A stretch of DNA of 64,000 bases, from NCBI GenBank assembly GCA_040954595.2, contig CM082584.2:11808552-11872551 (forward strand). The letters run 5' to 3'. Below the pieces are notes generated by a model. The model did not search any database, had not been told where the DNA came from, and was given only the letters and a program-made list of their open reading frames with translations. The stretch's first letter is position 1, and each line of letters starts with the position of its first letter. Of this stretch, positions 29,551-43,300 are shown piece by piece. The DNA is from Balanoglossus misakiensis. Taxonomy: Eukaryota > Animalia > Hemichordata. The translations under genes were made by a program, and so were the position numbers.

Positions 29551-29769
29551 GGAGCGGGTAAGAGGTAAATCTAGAACTCGTATACTCAATTAGGCACCCC
29601 TAATTATACAATAAAGCGTAACTGAGACCAGTCTGCTATTTGGGTGGCCGCTGTTGAAACTGCAGAAAGTAGGCGGTGCGAAGAGTGATACATATACGCC
29701 AACAGTCCCGTTAGTAACCCACGTTCTGAAACCGTAGGTTTTCACCTGTGGGTCCATCGCTGTACATAC

Positions 29770-30199
29770 ATGTTTAGAGCTGTCCACTTCGGTGATCAGT
29801 CAAGCCTGTACGCAACCACCGCCGCCGCAGCTGCAGACATGGACGCGACGGTGACACTCCTTCGGGGACCGGTGACTGAGAAGGGAGCCCGTAAACCGAA
29901 ATGCGCCCGGTGCCGAAACCACGGAGTGATATCGTGGTTGAAGGGGCACAAGCGACACTGTCGCTTCCGAGACTGCACATGTCCGAAGTGTAACCTGATT
30001 GCCGAGCGACAGCGAGTCATGGCGGCCCAAGTAGCCTTGAAGCGACAGCAGGCAGCCGAAGACGCCATTGCATTGGGGCTGCGGGCATGTTCACCAGGTG
30101 GCCCCTTCCCGTTGTTATCGTCCGGCCCGCTGTGGCCCGAATCGGAACACATTGGAAGCATGAACGATGACGACGATAAAGACGACGAAAAAATGGACG
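29770..30199 (+). CDS. Dmrt93B: Dmrt93B-like transcription factor, coding exon 1 (DM domain); alternative start ATG at 29839
   Basis: [66 protein letters not shown]. The [11 protein letters not shown] and [14 protein letters not shown] signatures are characteristic of the Dmrt93B clade. Donor GACG|GTAAGA, phase 1. Confidence 0.9.
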
Positions 30200-33100
30200 G
30201 TAAGATCACGTCAGACTAGTCTTAAAGGTCAAACAATCGTTCTTTTAAAAAGTCTTTGCCTGTGTATAACTTTCGCATCATATTGAAGATCTGGTATTTT
30301 TTACTTTAAGTTTGAGGCTTATGCGTCAACCTCTCAGAGTGAATAACACAGGAAAATATCCTGCCAAATTAAATCGTTTTGATCTAAACATCTTGTTTTA
30401 AACCAGCTTCTAAGATTCAGTGATTGATACATATAAGCTTTAGCAGTAAACTTCTTTTGAAGTTGCAAATACGTACTTATCATTGTTTGGTGGATTTGAG
30501 ATAAAGGCACTGTAAGCCGTTGAAGTAGTCATTTAACAAATTGAGAAGGATAAACGTACAATCAGTAAGTGTCACTGCTTAAAATATAATATTTTGTTCA
30601 GGACAGTCCTCCAACGTTAAAACCCAAATTCACAGGATATTCTTTCTGGATTATTCCCGCTTTAAATACGTGAAATTAAAGCGATTTATGGGTTAAAAAA
30701 ATTATACGTCCTGATTTTGATATTTTATTTGCGAGGTATAGGAAAGATATTCTATACTGCGTCACAATGACCGCAATGCGACCGGCGAACGACACTTTGC
30801 TGCAAATGTCGTCCTCGGCAGCCAGCATTGTTGTGTGATTTATTCTAACCACGCCAAATATCTGACAGTTAAACGGGAGAGGAGCACAAACGATACATTG
30901 GGTCTCCCTCTGCCATTGAAATACCGGGGCGTAACTTCATAACGCGAATACCAAGCGGTTTGCGAGACCGGATTAGGAGCCCACCGGATTCCGGCGGCAG
31001 CCGAAGTAAATGACATCATCAGAACGCGGTCGTTTCCAGCCAGAATCAGATGTGACGAAAAAAGACAAACAATCGCGCCATCCCGACATGTAATGAGATC
31101 TAGCTTCCAGATTTCTCGACTCTGTCATATCTGCTCTCCGCGCAGACAAAAGGCATATGTGGAATAGCTCCATGCAATTTCTCCGTCGTAATACAAAATG
31201 CATTGCAACAAATGGGACATAACTTGACGCTTGAAATATCAAATGCCAGATTTAGGGCTGGCAAAAAACACCCACACAGTTTGTGCTGATGTCACAAGCC
31301 GTTGTTTCAATCAAATTGATTGTTTCTTGTGGCCTATGGGGTGTCCAACGGGGGTTGTCGTTTTTTAACGACACATTTTAAGGTTTATTCCAGGGAGTGT
31401 ATTTCACCAGTGAATTTCAGGAGCCCGTTCTCGTGCCGTTAATTAAATCTAACAGGAATTCAACAGGTCTTCAGAAAACACTGCAAAATCTCTATTGGTT
31501 TAGCTTTTCCCCGCGGGACACAAGCATTGCAGCGTTGGCATAGTCTTTCAAGTTCATCTCGTCGCTGCAGCATGCGAATCCGTAGACAGCCCTGCCAAAG
31601 CCCCATCGCTTGAATTCGTTGTTCTGAGGGAGTCAACCAACCAATGACATACAGGCAAGCGTGTGGAAAGGCCTACGGACCCGCATCAACATGGCGTTCC
31701 ACACGACGCGAGAAGTATGAACCATCGACAGGCAAAATTTGTAGTCAAATTTGTGCATTTTGAGCTGAAACCAATGAGTTGTTTTGCAAGGGAGTTGAAT
31801 TCACTGAGAAATATAGCAACGGCGAAACTGACAGTGACAGATAAGATTTTATGTGGATACAGTACAGCGTTACTTTTTTCAGAGCGACATCCTCGAGTAG
31901 GCAGGCAAACACGTCAGGGCCATGACCTTGTCCGCATCAGCCCGCTTTAGTCTTTAGAAATTTGAAATCGGTTGCGTCCCGTCGGTGCAAGGGAGAAACG
32001 AACACAACACAGTTCTCTGTGTGTGTCAATTTTCAAAGTCACGAATATCAGAAAAATATGTTCACCGCTGAGATGAGAATTCGCCCGAATGACAAGCTCT
32101 ATAAACTTCACGTGGAGGGGGACAGCAATGTGCCAAGTTGAAAGCCGAAACGCCAGCACTCATTTCTGAAGGGTCCTCATCGCCGCTATGACAAGGGAAG
32201 AAAACACGGAAACAAGGGGAATAAACGGTTGGGCGTGAACTGAGAGGCTCCGTCGTCACAAGCACGGGACAAGTTGAAGTTTATATTTCCCCCGAGTGGT
32301 TTAAACATAACCCCGAGCTCAATAACCGCGCACTCTCAAACCCCCTCAACCAAAAACAGAATATTAATAATTCGTGGTTTAAAATCAACATTTATGATGT
32401 CTTTTTAAAATCGAATGAGAATGTTGGACTTCGAGAACTAGGTCCATGCATTTGCCTGGCATTCTGCGATGCCATTCTTCATAATTCGAACAACAGCCAG
32501 TTGAAACATCTCAAAACACCGGCCAAGTCGAAGACGTGAAACTTATCATCATCCTAAATGTTGTCAATTGCTTCTGATGTGTGTTTATTTTCGTCCGACG
32601 GAAAATTGCAATATATCAACTCCTAGGTTATTGGCTGTGATTGAAATCTACACTCGGCCCTGTTTATTTTGAATTCAATTAGTCGCACATTCACATGTAA
32701 TGATTCTAAAATATTTTTATACAAAGGGCGGGTTTAGGAGAATCAATTTCGAAATCAATTCTCGGACATGAAACACCAAGAATTATTTGACATGGTCTTT
32801 CGATTGATTTCAAATGTCCGAGTTCGCCGACCCGTGTAGCTATATCTTCCATTTCCCCGCCGGTTTGTACTTCAATAAAGTTCGTTCAAGTGAAATCAGT
32901 GTCGCGGTATCGCCTCGCCAAAATTTTGCCACCAACACGCGTTTAAGAAACGTTGAAATGGTAAAGTTTGGGAAAATTCGTTTATAGATCTTAAGAGATG
33001 ATGCAATTGTATATCGTTGACAGTGTTATCAGAATATTCCCCTGTATTCCTACGATGGCGTGTCTGGGGTGTAGTGGTGCGTAAGAAAGAGGCCAGCGGG

Positions 33101-34082
33101 CCCAACACTTGCAGTCGATACATACGGCAATTTTGATGACAAAATCGACAAAATAAACATAGCAGTTATCTTCGGTATTAAATTATAGCCATCGTGTTAG
33201 CTTCTGTTGTTCCTTCCATTTGAGAGAACACGAACAGCGCGAGCGATGTGTCGACAACGACAGACCAGACAAAATGATTACGGCTGGCAAGCGAAACCGC
33301 ACTCTGGATTGACACTTCGCGGCACATACTACTGGCCCGCAATAGATCAGGGATCTGCCGTGTTCATATATCGGTTATGTCAATAAGCTACTGTCAGCGC
33401 CTCCGACTTTTATCTCAAAATTCTGATCGGTGTTGACTGCGCCGGACTTGTGAGATTAAAACAAATGGTTGATGTTGCCAAGCACCGTCACTCGCCCCTT
33501 CTTTCTATGACTGACCAGAGCTGATACCATATTGGCTTCCATATTGTTGAGCGTGAAACGCGGATAAATATCTCGTTAACTTCGTACTTGCAGTGGAAAG
33601 AATAATACGCGATGTGTTCATTTACATGGTTGACTACGTTTGTGCTATGTCCCTCTCCCCAAAGTTATTTTGTTAAAAACTCCGCTCTCCTAGAGTTGTA
33701 TGCATATGCACCGTCAGCCTGACCGGCCTTCGACAGGCTTTCATCTATTGGTCCTGTTGTCAGAGCTTGTCAAAAACGAACGATACTGTCGCTTTATACT
33801 GGTGAAATTTTCTAAAATTAGCTCAATATCCGATAATATTCGTACGTTATGCATAGTTTTAGTAAATTTCTCGCCCAGATATTTGTGTGTTTGACCAGTA
33901 TTTTATAGGATATTTTTCTGGTCATGAAAAGTAAACGCGTTTACAGAGTTGATAATAACAGTTCGTATATGAGCTTATGCGGACTCAAATCATAAGTCAT
34001 GCCATGTTCTTTAAAGATAATGCGCGAATCGTTGTTTATTTATTATTTTTAAAGCCAAATTCGTTTATAAACATATTTACAG

Positions 34083-34945
34083 AAAATCAGAGGCCAGGAG
34101 AGGGGAAACACTGTGACAAGGATGAGGAGGACAGAGAATCACCAAGCACAACGAGTACGCCCGATGGAACGTCGGAGACGACAAACAACAGAATAAGAGA
34201 GAACAACTATAACAATATAGCGACAGCGATTCCGCCTTTTCGACCTGGTAGATTGTCGCCCATTGAAATCCTGATGCGAATTTTTCCTGCGCAGAAGAGG
34301 AGCGTGCTGGAGCTCGTCTTGCAGGGCTGCAACGGCGATCTGGTTAAAGCCATCGAACACTTTCTCTCTGCAAGCGACTCCTTTCTGCTGACGGAGTCCT
34401 ACGGCGGCACTTCCAAGATGGGACCGAACGCGGCCGCGTCGCTGCGATTCGGAGCCAATCCACCGAGCATCCCGTGCTCCAACGCTAACTATCTGGCGGC
34501 TTTCCGTCCCCCGCCGCCCACGAACGGCAAAGTGCCCATCGGCAGCGTCAAGTCTGCCTTCACCCCCTTGCCGTCGCCCGCGTCGACGATGAACTTGGCT
34601 TTCCCGCCGCGGTTGCACCCGTTCTCCGCCGAGTTCCTCCTCGGGAGGACGTCCTTCCTGGCTCCGCCGCGACCGGGTGACACGCCGTACACCTCGGCAG
34701 CCCCGCACTTTACGCTACCCGCGCTCTTTCCGATGCCGCCACCGACATCGCACAACAAACTACCTCCCACAAGCAACGGATTTATATTCAGCCACTCCGG
34801 ACTTGGCGGATGCTTTCCTAACTGTTCGCAGTGCCCGCCGAAACTGGATCTGGTGGAAACGGACAGCCAGACTTCAAATTCCAAACTCTCCTCACCGGAA
34901 AACACGCCACCGATACCACAGTCGTCACAAAACGACAAGAAATGA
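34083..34945 (+). CDS. Dmrt93B: Dmrt93B-like coding exon 2 (DMA domain, SAFTP motif, stop)
   Basis: Acceptor ATATTTACAG| at 34082. The phase-1 join gives E-NQRPGEGK... in the frame of the 33977-34945 ORF. It contains the DMA domain [39 protein letters not shown] and KSAFTP, then a TGA stop. Joined CDS is 1293 nt = 430 aa (407 aa from ATG 29839); intron 30200-34082 is 3883 bp. Confidence 0.9.
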
Positions 34946-37900
34946 CACTTTCTGCTCGTTCTGTTCAGAGAGCCTTTACTGCATTCCTCCGACGAAAAGC
35001 TTCGATTTTTTTGTAAAAAGTTCATAACTTAATATTTATGTTGTACGAGAATCTTCTTGCTGTGATTGTCAATAGAAATCAGTTTCAGAGCCGATACGTG
35101 AATTTGAAAGTTTTCTTAGAGTAGCTATAGACGGCCGACTGACTAGTAGGTTTCAAAGCTTCAATTTTCCTCCTTCATAATATCCACGGTGATTTATGCC
35201 CGTCACGATTAGCGGAACCGAAACACACTCTCAGCGACAATAACGGCACCCGTGTAATCGCAATTAAATGGGCTCTTAATGGTCGCCGCGGTCGTATCAC
35301 TTTCCAGCAGTGCTCCAAACATGAATTGCTTTGTTATACCAGTATGGCATTCTAAACTTTGATATTGAAATTTAAAAAGGGACACGATTGAGATAACCCC
35401 TTGACACTGAATTCCATTTGACACGGGAACCCATCGTGTACTTTTTCAATGAACACGCATACGTCACACAAAGTCAACACACAGGAAAATCTAAGTTTAT
35501 ACATGTATATACAAACATGCATGTACAACCACACACAAACACACACATATACTCAGCTGCCTAGCTTACATGGGTGTATAAGAATTATTAAAAGAAGAAA
35601 AGGGTGAGAAAAGTCCATGATAAGAGTCTTACTTGAAATTTCATGAAATTCCTTTCAAAATGTCATAATTTACGCTTATTTGTTCAGGTGTTGAATAAAA
35701 AGCTCGTGAAAATAATAAGTTTTTTGTTGTTGGTGAAATTGTCGACATGAGTGAGGCTTGGATGCCCGGTTTCATAGTTTCCATATTTTAAAAAAATGAT
35801 ATAAGCTTTGAATATTGAAACAGTGATTTGCCTTACTTTCGTCAGGGCTATTGCGTCAGTATAGAGGCCTACTCCCCTGTAACTCAAGTTCTGAAGTATC
35901 GAAGTCACAATATCGATGTGACAGATACTGGAGACGCATTCCATCTTTTATTCCCCCATCAAAAACACTTTCGGTAAATATTGTTCCTACATCGTTCGGC
36001 CTTCGGTGACACTTTTGGCAATGTTTGACTTTTGGGAACCCGAGGCTGTGTGGTTGGCCGACCGGTTTCGCGGCCGGGAACCGAGCGTAGGCAGCGTCGC
36101 GCTGTTCCCGGCGTGCCATGTACGCGCGCGGAGTGCGTTTGTACACAGGCGCGGCGAAAATCGATTATCACCGCGCGCGCATTACCCTAATGTTTCATTT
36201 CCACGCCCGAGATGTTAATTTCGTAGGATCCAATTGAATACAACCTTAACGCCTTTAATCCACCATGGAAAATCAATTACCTTTGCCTAATAGTTGGGTA
36301 AACTTTGTCATATGTATCCGTGCAATCATCACCGCTATGTACCGGGGTAAAATTTCATCCTACCACGATTGATTTCCTGTGAACAAATCAATAGTCCGGA
36401 CATTATGTGTGCTTGCACGAGTGAAAAAAATGCGCATTGTTAATTTTTGTGCGGAATTGATTAAATTCGCGGAAAATGAGATTTTGATCGCCTGATTCAT
36501 TTGTAACTGTTGTTCGAGTCAATATGTCGGGGAAGTTCCATAAATGTTGACATATATTTTTGTTGCTGTTACATTACTGTTATGCAAATGTACCGGTGTG
36601 CATTTCATATGTTGGGGGCCCATTGTGTATAATTTTACTGCAGCCTCCAACAACACACCGTGTCGATTGTTGCCGAGGTCTGTTTTGCTCTCCCAACAAA
36701 GCGGAGAATGATCTGAAGTAGAAATATCGCGAAAATCTCCATTTGCCTGTCTGATTGTGAGTTTAAAGAGTGTGTAAACGACGTAGATGAAGCATGTCTT
36801 TTGGGAGAGAGGGAGAGAAAAGGAAAACCCTTTCTTTTCTTCTTTGTAGCTGTCGACACGGGCTGGCGAGATCCTTCACACTAAACTACCCGTTTCAAGA
36901 GAATATCTGTAACTTTTTCTGAGGATCAAACGCTACGCCTCGTCGCATGTCAAAACTAGTGGCCCAGGTGGTTTTCGTTCTGGAGTTCTCCGCGCTTTGA
37001 CTGTCGATTACATTTTCGTTCTCACGACAGGAACCGTGCGGAGTTCTCAGGTTTGAAAGAAGCCCCTCAGTCAGCCGTCTCCCTCTCTCTCACACTCTCT
37101 CTCGCCAACAAAAAAATAAACCCGCAGTCAATCGCCGACCGGGTGGCTAAAACAATACATTTCACTGGTTTAAAAAGAGCCAGATCATGTGATACATTGT
37201 ACAGCGTATCAAATGTCTTCTGACGCAATTAGCTTACATGTACATTTCAACGTCTGCGAAGTATTGCATGGTCAGTCGAGTTTCTTGTAAATACTCAATT
37301 CGTCACTGTTGCTGCAGATCGACCAGATGACCGTCTGAAATACCACTTTCACCACTGAAACCTGATTTATACGGGTACAGGCAAATCATGTTTTAAAGAA
37401 AAGAAATACATTATAATATTAACCAAGATTCAAGAAAAAAATGACTTAGTATTACGGAGCGAGCAGCGGCCTCTTGTTAAGGTCAAATATATCCCCACTG
37501 TCGCAGCCTCTTTGACATAGAAACGATTTATTTGAAAGAGAGACCAGTCAAAATATTTCGTCTGCAACTCAAAGAAGGTTCACTGTGATGATGGATCTTC
37601 AAGTATCCAAAGTTGAACGGTTCTTCTGATATATTGAATTCGTCGGTTCATTTGAAGAAAAAAATACGCAAAGACTTTTTGTCCGCTTTCATTGTCACTT
37701 TGGCCAATTCTTTTGGCCTCATGGTCCATTTTTTTAATGTTGCCCTGTTAGTGGCGTTTCCCCAGTAAAGCATTTAGGGAAGCGTGTTTCAAGCCTGTTA
37801 GGCGAATGCCACCACCTTTTGGCCTCGCCACATATACAAAAATAACGATTTGTTGAGTCGTGATCTCCAATGAACCGTGTTTACTCAACTAGAAAAATTC

Positions 37901-37989
37901 ATATGGCTTAGAACGCAACATGGCTCAGCCAATGCGGTCGTGGAAGACGGTCGTGGATTTCGAATCGAAATGTCAAAAGGGAACATTAT

Positions 37990-38017
37990 GGGGGTGGGGG
38001 AGGGGGGGTGGGTGGGG
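37990..38017 (+). other. G-quadruplex-forming motif
   Basis: GGGGG-T-GGGGG-A-GGGGGGG-T-GGG-T-GGGG: five G-runs of at least 3 separated by 1-nt loops. Confidence 0.6.
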
Positions 38018-38631
38018 AGAGAAACAAACCCTTGTCGTGTAGACTAAACATTCCTCGATCTGTTTAGAAATGAACCTTCAAACTCCGAGTCTGCCAAGCC
38101 TCCACGTTTTGTCCTTGTCCACGTGCGTGTCAATATAAAAAAAATTACTCCGTGGTTTTGTCGCGCATATCTGAAATAGCCACATTTTTCTCGTGATATT
38201 GAATTTGACGAGAGAAATTTGAAAATTTCGGCTCAGCCTTTTCTGATTGACATTTTTTTTCTTCAAAATTGTCGCCACACCCGCGTGTGATGGGGAATAC
38301 AAAATTTGATACGCTCCATTAAGGTACGTGTCAACACACAATAGTACGGATAATAGAAGCTTTTAAATTTCATTTAGATTTCAATTGGGGCATTTGTGTA
38401 CATTACACGACTCGGTGTGTAACCAAATCGCTTGTTCTCGGACAAGGATATGAATGAAAGAACAGCTCTTTGACTTTCCTATACACACGCAGTTTTCTTT
38501 CTGGAAGTTCGGTCGTTGTGTTGTTATATCTATGGCCGCTGCAAATCCCAATATCTGTTTGGTGTCGAGCTTGCCCTCATTGAAAAGAACAGGTGCCAAG
38601 CTCAATACAGTAGTCGAGCGTATTCGTACAT

Positions 38632-38775
<144 letters not shown>

Positions 38776-40339
38776 TGAGAAGACCCCCCCCCCCACGGTT
38801 CATGTCCTGACGCGGGTCCTACACGTATGTTCCATCCCGTTGTTTTTTGTTTATTTACCGGTGCAGGAGAAAGTATTTCAGTCGACTCGCCTGCCATCGA
38901 TCAGACTGTTCCCATTCGTTTGCGCTGCGTCATACAAACACTGGGAGTATATACATGAAAGCATGACATTGTCTACGTATGCTGTTACCCCAGTGGCCAT
39001 GCTGTGTAAAACAACTTGCATAAAAAAATACACGACACATTTGTGCTGACACGATTACTGCCAACCCTGTAGAAAATGTTAACACAGCTTTGTAGAATTC
39101 AGGTCGGCTGTTTTGGATTTTTCTACTTGCACTGTCACGCGAAGAAGAGAGAAGAACCTTGTCGCGGTTTGAGTCAAATTTCTAGATTTGTCTTTGATCT
39201 CTCAGGGCCAAGAGACGAGACCCAGGCTCCGCGGTCGTGTAACGGAGAATACTGCAGCTCGGTAGGGCGACCGGAATTGGCAGGACTAATTGCTTCGCAT
39301 GTTGCAACTCTGGGAATGCAGACTCGAAAACATAACAGGCAAATGGGGAAAATCTATCCACTTCAATGGCAATAAGAACAAACGTTCGCAGCGGGTACGG
39401 ATTCTTGGCCGTAGCAACTGGTTTTAGTCTGATGGATTCGCAGTAACACTAGACGGCCAGGGGTCACTCTCTACCATTGAGCCGGTTTCCAAATTGGTGT
39501 ACAGTTGAAACTATACAAGCTCCGCTAATTACACCGTATCATTAGCGCCTATCACCGCTTGGCCTCTTGTTAAGTCGACGGTAATACTGCCCCTGAAATG
39601 TGCAGGGCTAATAATGGCCGCCGCATTTCAGCCCCGGATCACCGTACACCGCATTAGGGGCGACACACGTCATTCCAGAACGTAACACCCACACACGGCG
39701 TTTCTGCACAGCCCTGGAAATTAGTAGCTCGGGAAAAGTGGTTTAGATCGCTCGTGTCAGATTCACAAACCACTGCTTTAAACGATGCAGAGTCGTTATT
39801 TTATTCTCCGGCATTTAACAAGAAACCATGTTTTATACAAGGCACAGAAATACTGAAATAAATAGTCCAAATTACAGACAGTGGCACTTTAATACCAAAT
39901 GCGTTCCGTGTTAATGGTCTTTCGGGCCGTCCGGTGTTGATACCTGTCAACGCGACGGGAAATCACTTTTCTGGGTCTCTGGTGTTTATTTCTTCATTTA
40001 TCTTGTTTTCTTTCTCTCCTTCTTTGATGACTTGCCCTCCTTCGCAGTTTGGGATCGTCGTTAATTGTTACCATCTGAGTTCGTGTTTCCACCCGTGTGG
40101 TTTGTGGCGGTTGAGAAGCGCCGTTGTTGTGACTGGTTGTCCACGTCTGCAAACTTCTACTTCGTAATTGAGGTGGTCCCATTTTCCTTTGATGTACACC
40201 TGACGTGAGTTATTTCCAGGTCCAAAAAACTTCTTTATGAGATCTCATACAGAAATCACATGAACATTTGGCACTTTGATTCATCCCAGCTGATAGATGG
40301 ACAGCCTTTAAAACTGCCCACGTGACATAGTGGGGAGGC

Positions 40340-40371
<32 letters not shown>

Positions 40372-43300
40372 AGACGGAGATGGTAGAGAGAGATTTCTCG
40401 GCCAGATGGCAGCATCTCAGTTGTTAGGCGATAAATGATTGTCAAATCACAAAGTTCAAAGGTTATTTTTCTATTACTTGGCCTATGATTATTTATAAAT
40501 CGATATTTAGTTTTCTTGAAGCACAGTTTGTTTGAAATTAAGACGTGGTAGAAATATAACAATCTCGCCCCCATACCGGCGTTGAAATGCGACGAACACC
40601 CACCCAGATTCAACTTGCGACGTGACGTCACGCTCGGCTTGCTGGAGTGGCAGCTTCACGCATGCCTGGTACGTGTCTTCCGCTCTTCTTGTATATTTTC
40701 TTTGGGAAATGTTACAGAAAACGCGTTTTAACGGACCCACGAAACTGTGCAGCATGTGAACGAAAGACGATTACCCAAACAAATCGGGTCTCTTCTCGCT
40801 GGAGGCGTTGGTAACCGTCACTCAATACCCAGACGCGAAATCAAGATGTGAAGCGTTGTTGAAGCCTTTCTCCGTGGTCCGAGTTCTGTGGGTTATTTTA
40901 ATAGACAAAAAAAATATGCTCAGAGCTGTACTTGTGCTTTGAGCAGTTCTCATGACTTTACCCCATCTTACAGGTTTTCGATTTCATTCTAGTTATGATT
41001 GACAGGCGGAGATACATTGTAATTATCCGGTGAAGCATTGCAGTTAAATTATCATGATTACAATTATGACGAAACGACAACAACATATTACATGGACGTT
41101 ATCCGTCTTCAAATCTGCCTAGAACCTATAGCCTGCCACCGGTACCGTTTGCGTCAAAACAGAGCCGTGTGTCCCACAAGCAGACCGCAGAATGGCCCCA
41201 ACCGTTTCAGACCGGTTTCAACGAGCCGATCTGCCCACTTGGATGCTGTGGAAACCGCGTTGAAAACCTGCCAAGCGTCAGCGGCCGACAAAACCAGAGT
41301 CAGTAACTCCCCAACGTTGAATAAACTCCGAGTGTAAACCGGCGCAGAACTGGAAACTTTATACAATGGAAACTTAATTGATTTTGATTGATGGTTCAGT
41401 TTGCTCGGGTATTAGAGGAGTCAACATTTATTCGCATAGGAACAGATTGGTTTAGATTGTGGGGTTTTAGCATAATGGTCTCTAAAGCACACAGAGGTAA
41501 GAAGCTTGTACCCCGCTTTAATATGTTAAGTCAATGTAGCGAAAACACTTGGTTTCGTAGGGATACAAAAACACGGGTGCGGAAGTTACATGTTGGAAGT
41601 CAAAGGTGGTTGCATTAGCCCCAGCGCTGATTGATAGATAGATAGATCAGTTGGTATCGTTTTTTGTGTGTGTGACTCTTACCCGGAATAACCAACTTAA
41701 CTCGAGTGCCAAATGGTGATTTTTTTTTTATATTTCTATGTCCATATAAGGACGAGAACCTATTGGTGTAAGTGCAAGTCCGGCCTGACGTCACTAACAG
41801 CAACCAAACATTAATCACTGCGTTCGGTTTAGCAGTGACAAAAAGACGGGAAAATAGCGCAAGAAGTCTGCCAGACATATTTCCCTCGAATCTTAAACCT
41901 CTCTGAGTAACTTTTTTGTATGTTTTGTCGTTTAAAAACACATGGTGATATCCCAGAAGCTGTGATGAAAATGCCACAAACCTTTACAAAAGTTACATTT
42001 GTTTGTTGGTGGTTTCAATTGGAGGGACCGCAAACAGAGGCTGAATGATGTGTGATGCGCTTTTGTTTTGGATTATAGGTCATTAATGTCGAACGCGGAT
42101 TCTGGGAGAGTTAAAAACGACGACTTCGACATGAAAGATGTCGGCTGACAGCTGCGTGTATGCCGCGGCTTCATTTTTAATAGCGGATTTTTACATTACT
42201 GTACTGAAATAGCGGCGGTGACGTAGACAGTCGCATATAGACTTATACAAACACTAACAAACAGTTTTAATCTGTGAGTCGTTTTCTCCATAGCTATACA
42301 GCGAAGGGGGTACAGGACTGTGGGCTGTGCAATTCGGTATTGGCACGCGGTTCAAATCAGAGACGCCAGCGCGCAGGTCGCACGCGTACGCGCAAGTGCG
42401 CTAACCCTCTGTAGCAAATGCCAGTCACCTCAGAGGTGGAAATATCTCGCTACAAAAAAAACGGACAGAAGTTTAAATTACAGTTAGAGTCACAGAATCA
42501 ATTCTGAAACATCATTATATAGGCACGAAATTAAACACTCGAGCACAACGCTTATTGCTTTTAAAAAAAACTTGTGATCGCCCCAAAACGCTGCAGACTC
42601 CTTCGACTTCCGTGACGACACGCTAAGTGCTTATCGATTTTCTGTTACCAGGGCGACAGGGGAAGTTTGAAACGCTTGAATGCTAAGAAAGGAAGGAGGA
42701 CTTTGGGAAATTTGGTTCGAAATCCTCCAGCTTAGAGCTTTTAGTTGTTAGAGTAGTAAGCAATTTCCTAAGTCACTTCAAAAGTCCACAAATTTAAAAA
42801 AGAGCGCATTTTAGTTCGTTAATAGGATCCAAGTTACATCGAATTCACTTTGCATATATTCTATTAATGTCATTAAACCGGCGGGTAAATATCACCGGCT
42901 TTTGATTTCAAAGAAATCCACATTAAACACTATTGGTAATATACTTATATTTTCAAAACTCAACCCCTTTTTGTCATGTGTATCAACTATATTCTCACAT
43001 TTCAAACGCGATTACTTTGAGATGAAAATCAATTTCGTATTGATTTTAAACAAAAAATTATGTGGCCGTAAGATTTGCTATACTTATGTTTTTAAACGAC
43101 CGAAATAGCCAGTGTATACTCTGGCTTTCTTGATATGCAGGGCGAAGTTCAAGTCGCAGGAGAGGTAACTTTAAAAGTGATGCGCTGCAAATTGTATTAT
43201 ATTCAATTTGGAAATTAGAACGCAATGGATGATGGGTCACCTGATGACTTCGCCGTCCGAACACGAGGCAGAGAAGGCGAGAAAAATGTAGTAGAGAGGT

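Noticed and set aside
33977-34082. N-terminal part of the 322-aa ORF as a stand-alone gene start
   Set aside because: It is AT-rich intron sequence upstream of the TTTACAG acceptor; the phase matches splicing from the DM exon.
34139-35027. Long antisense and alternate-frame ORFs (189, 178 and 116 aa) over Dmrt93B exon 2, and similar ones over the DMRTA exons
   Set aside because: Expected shadows of GC-rich coding sequence with no recognisable domains.
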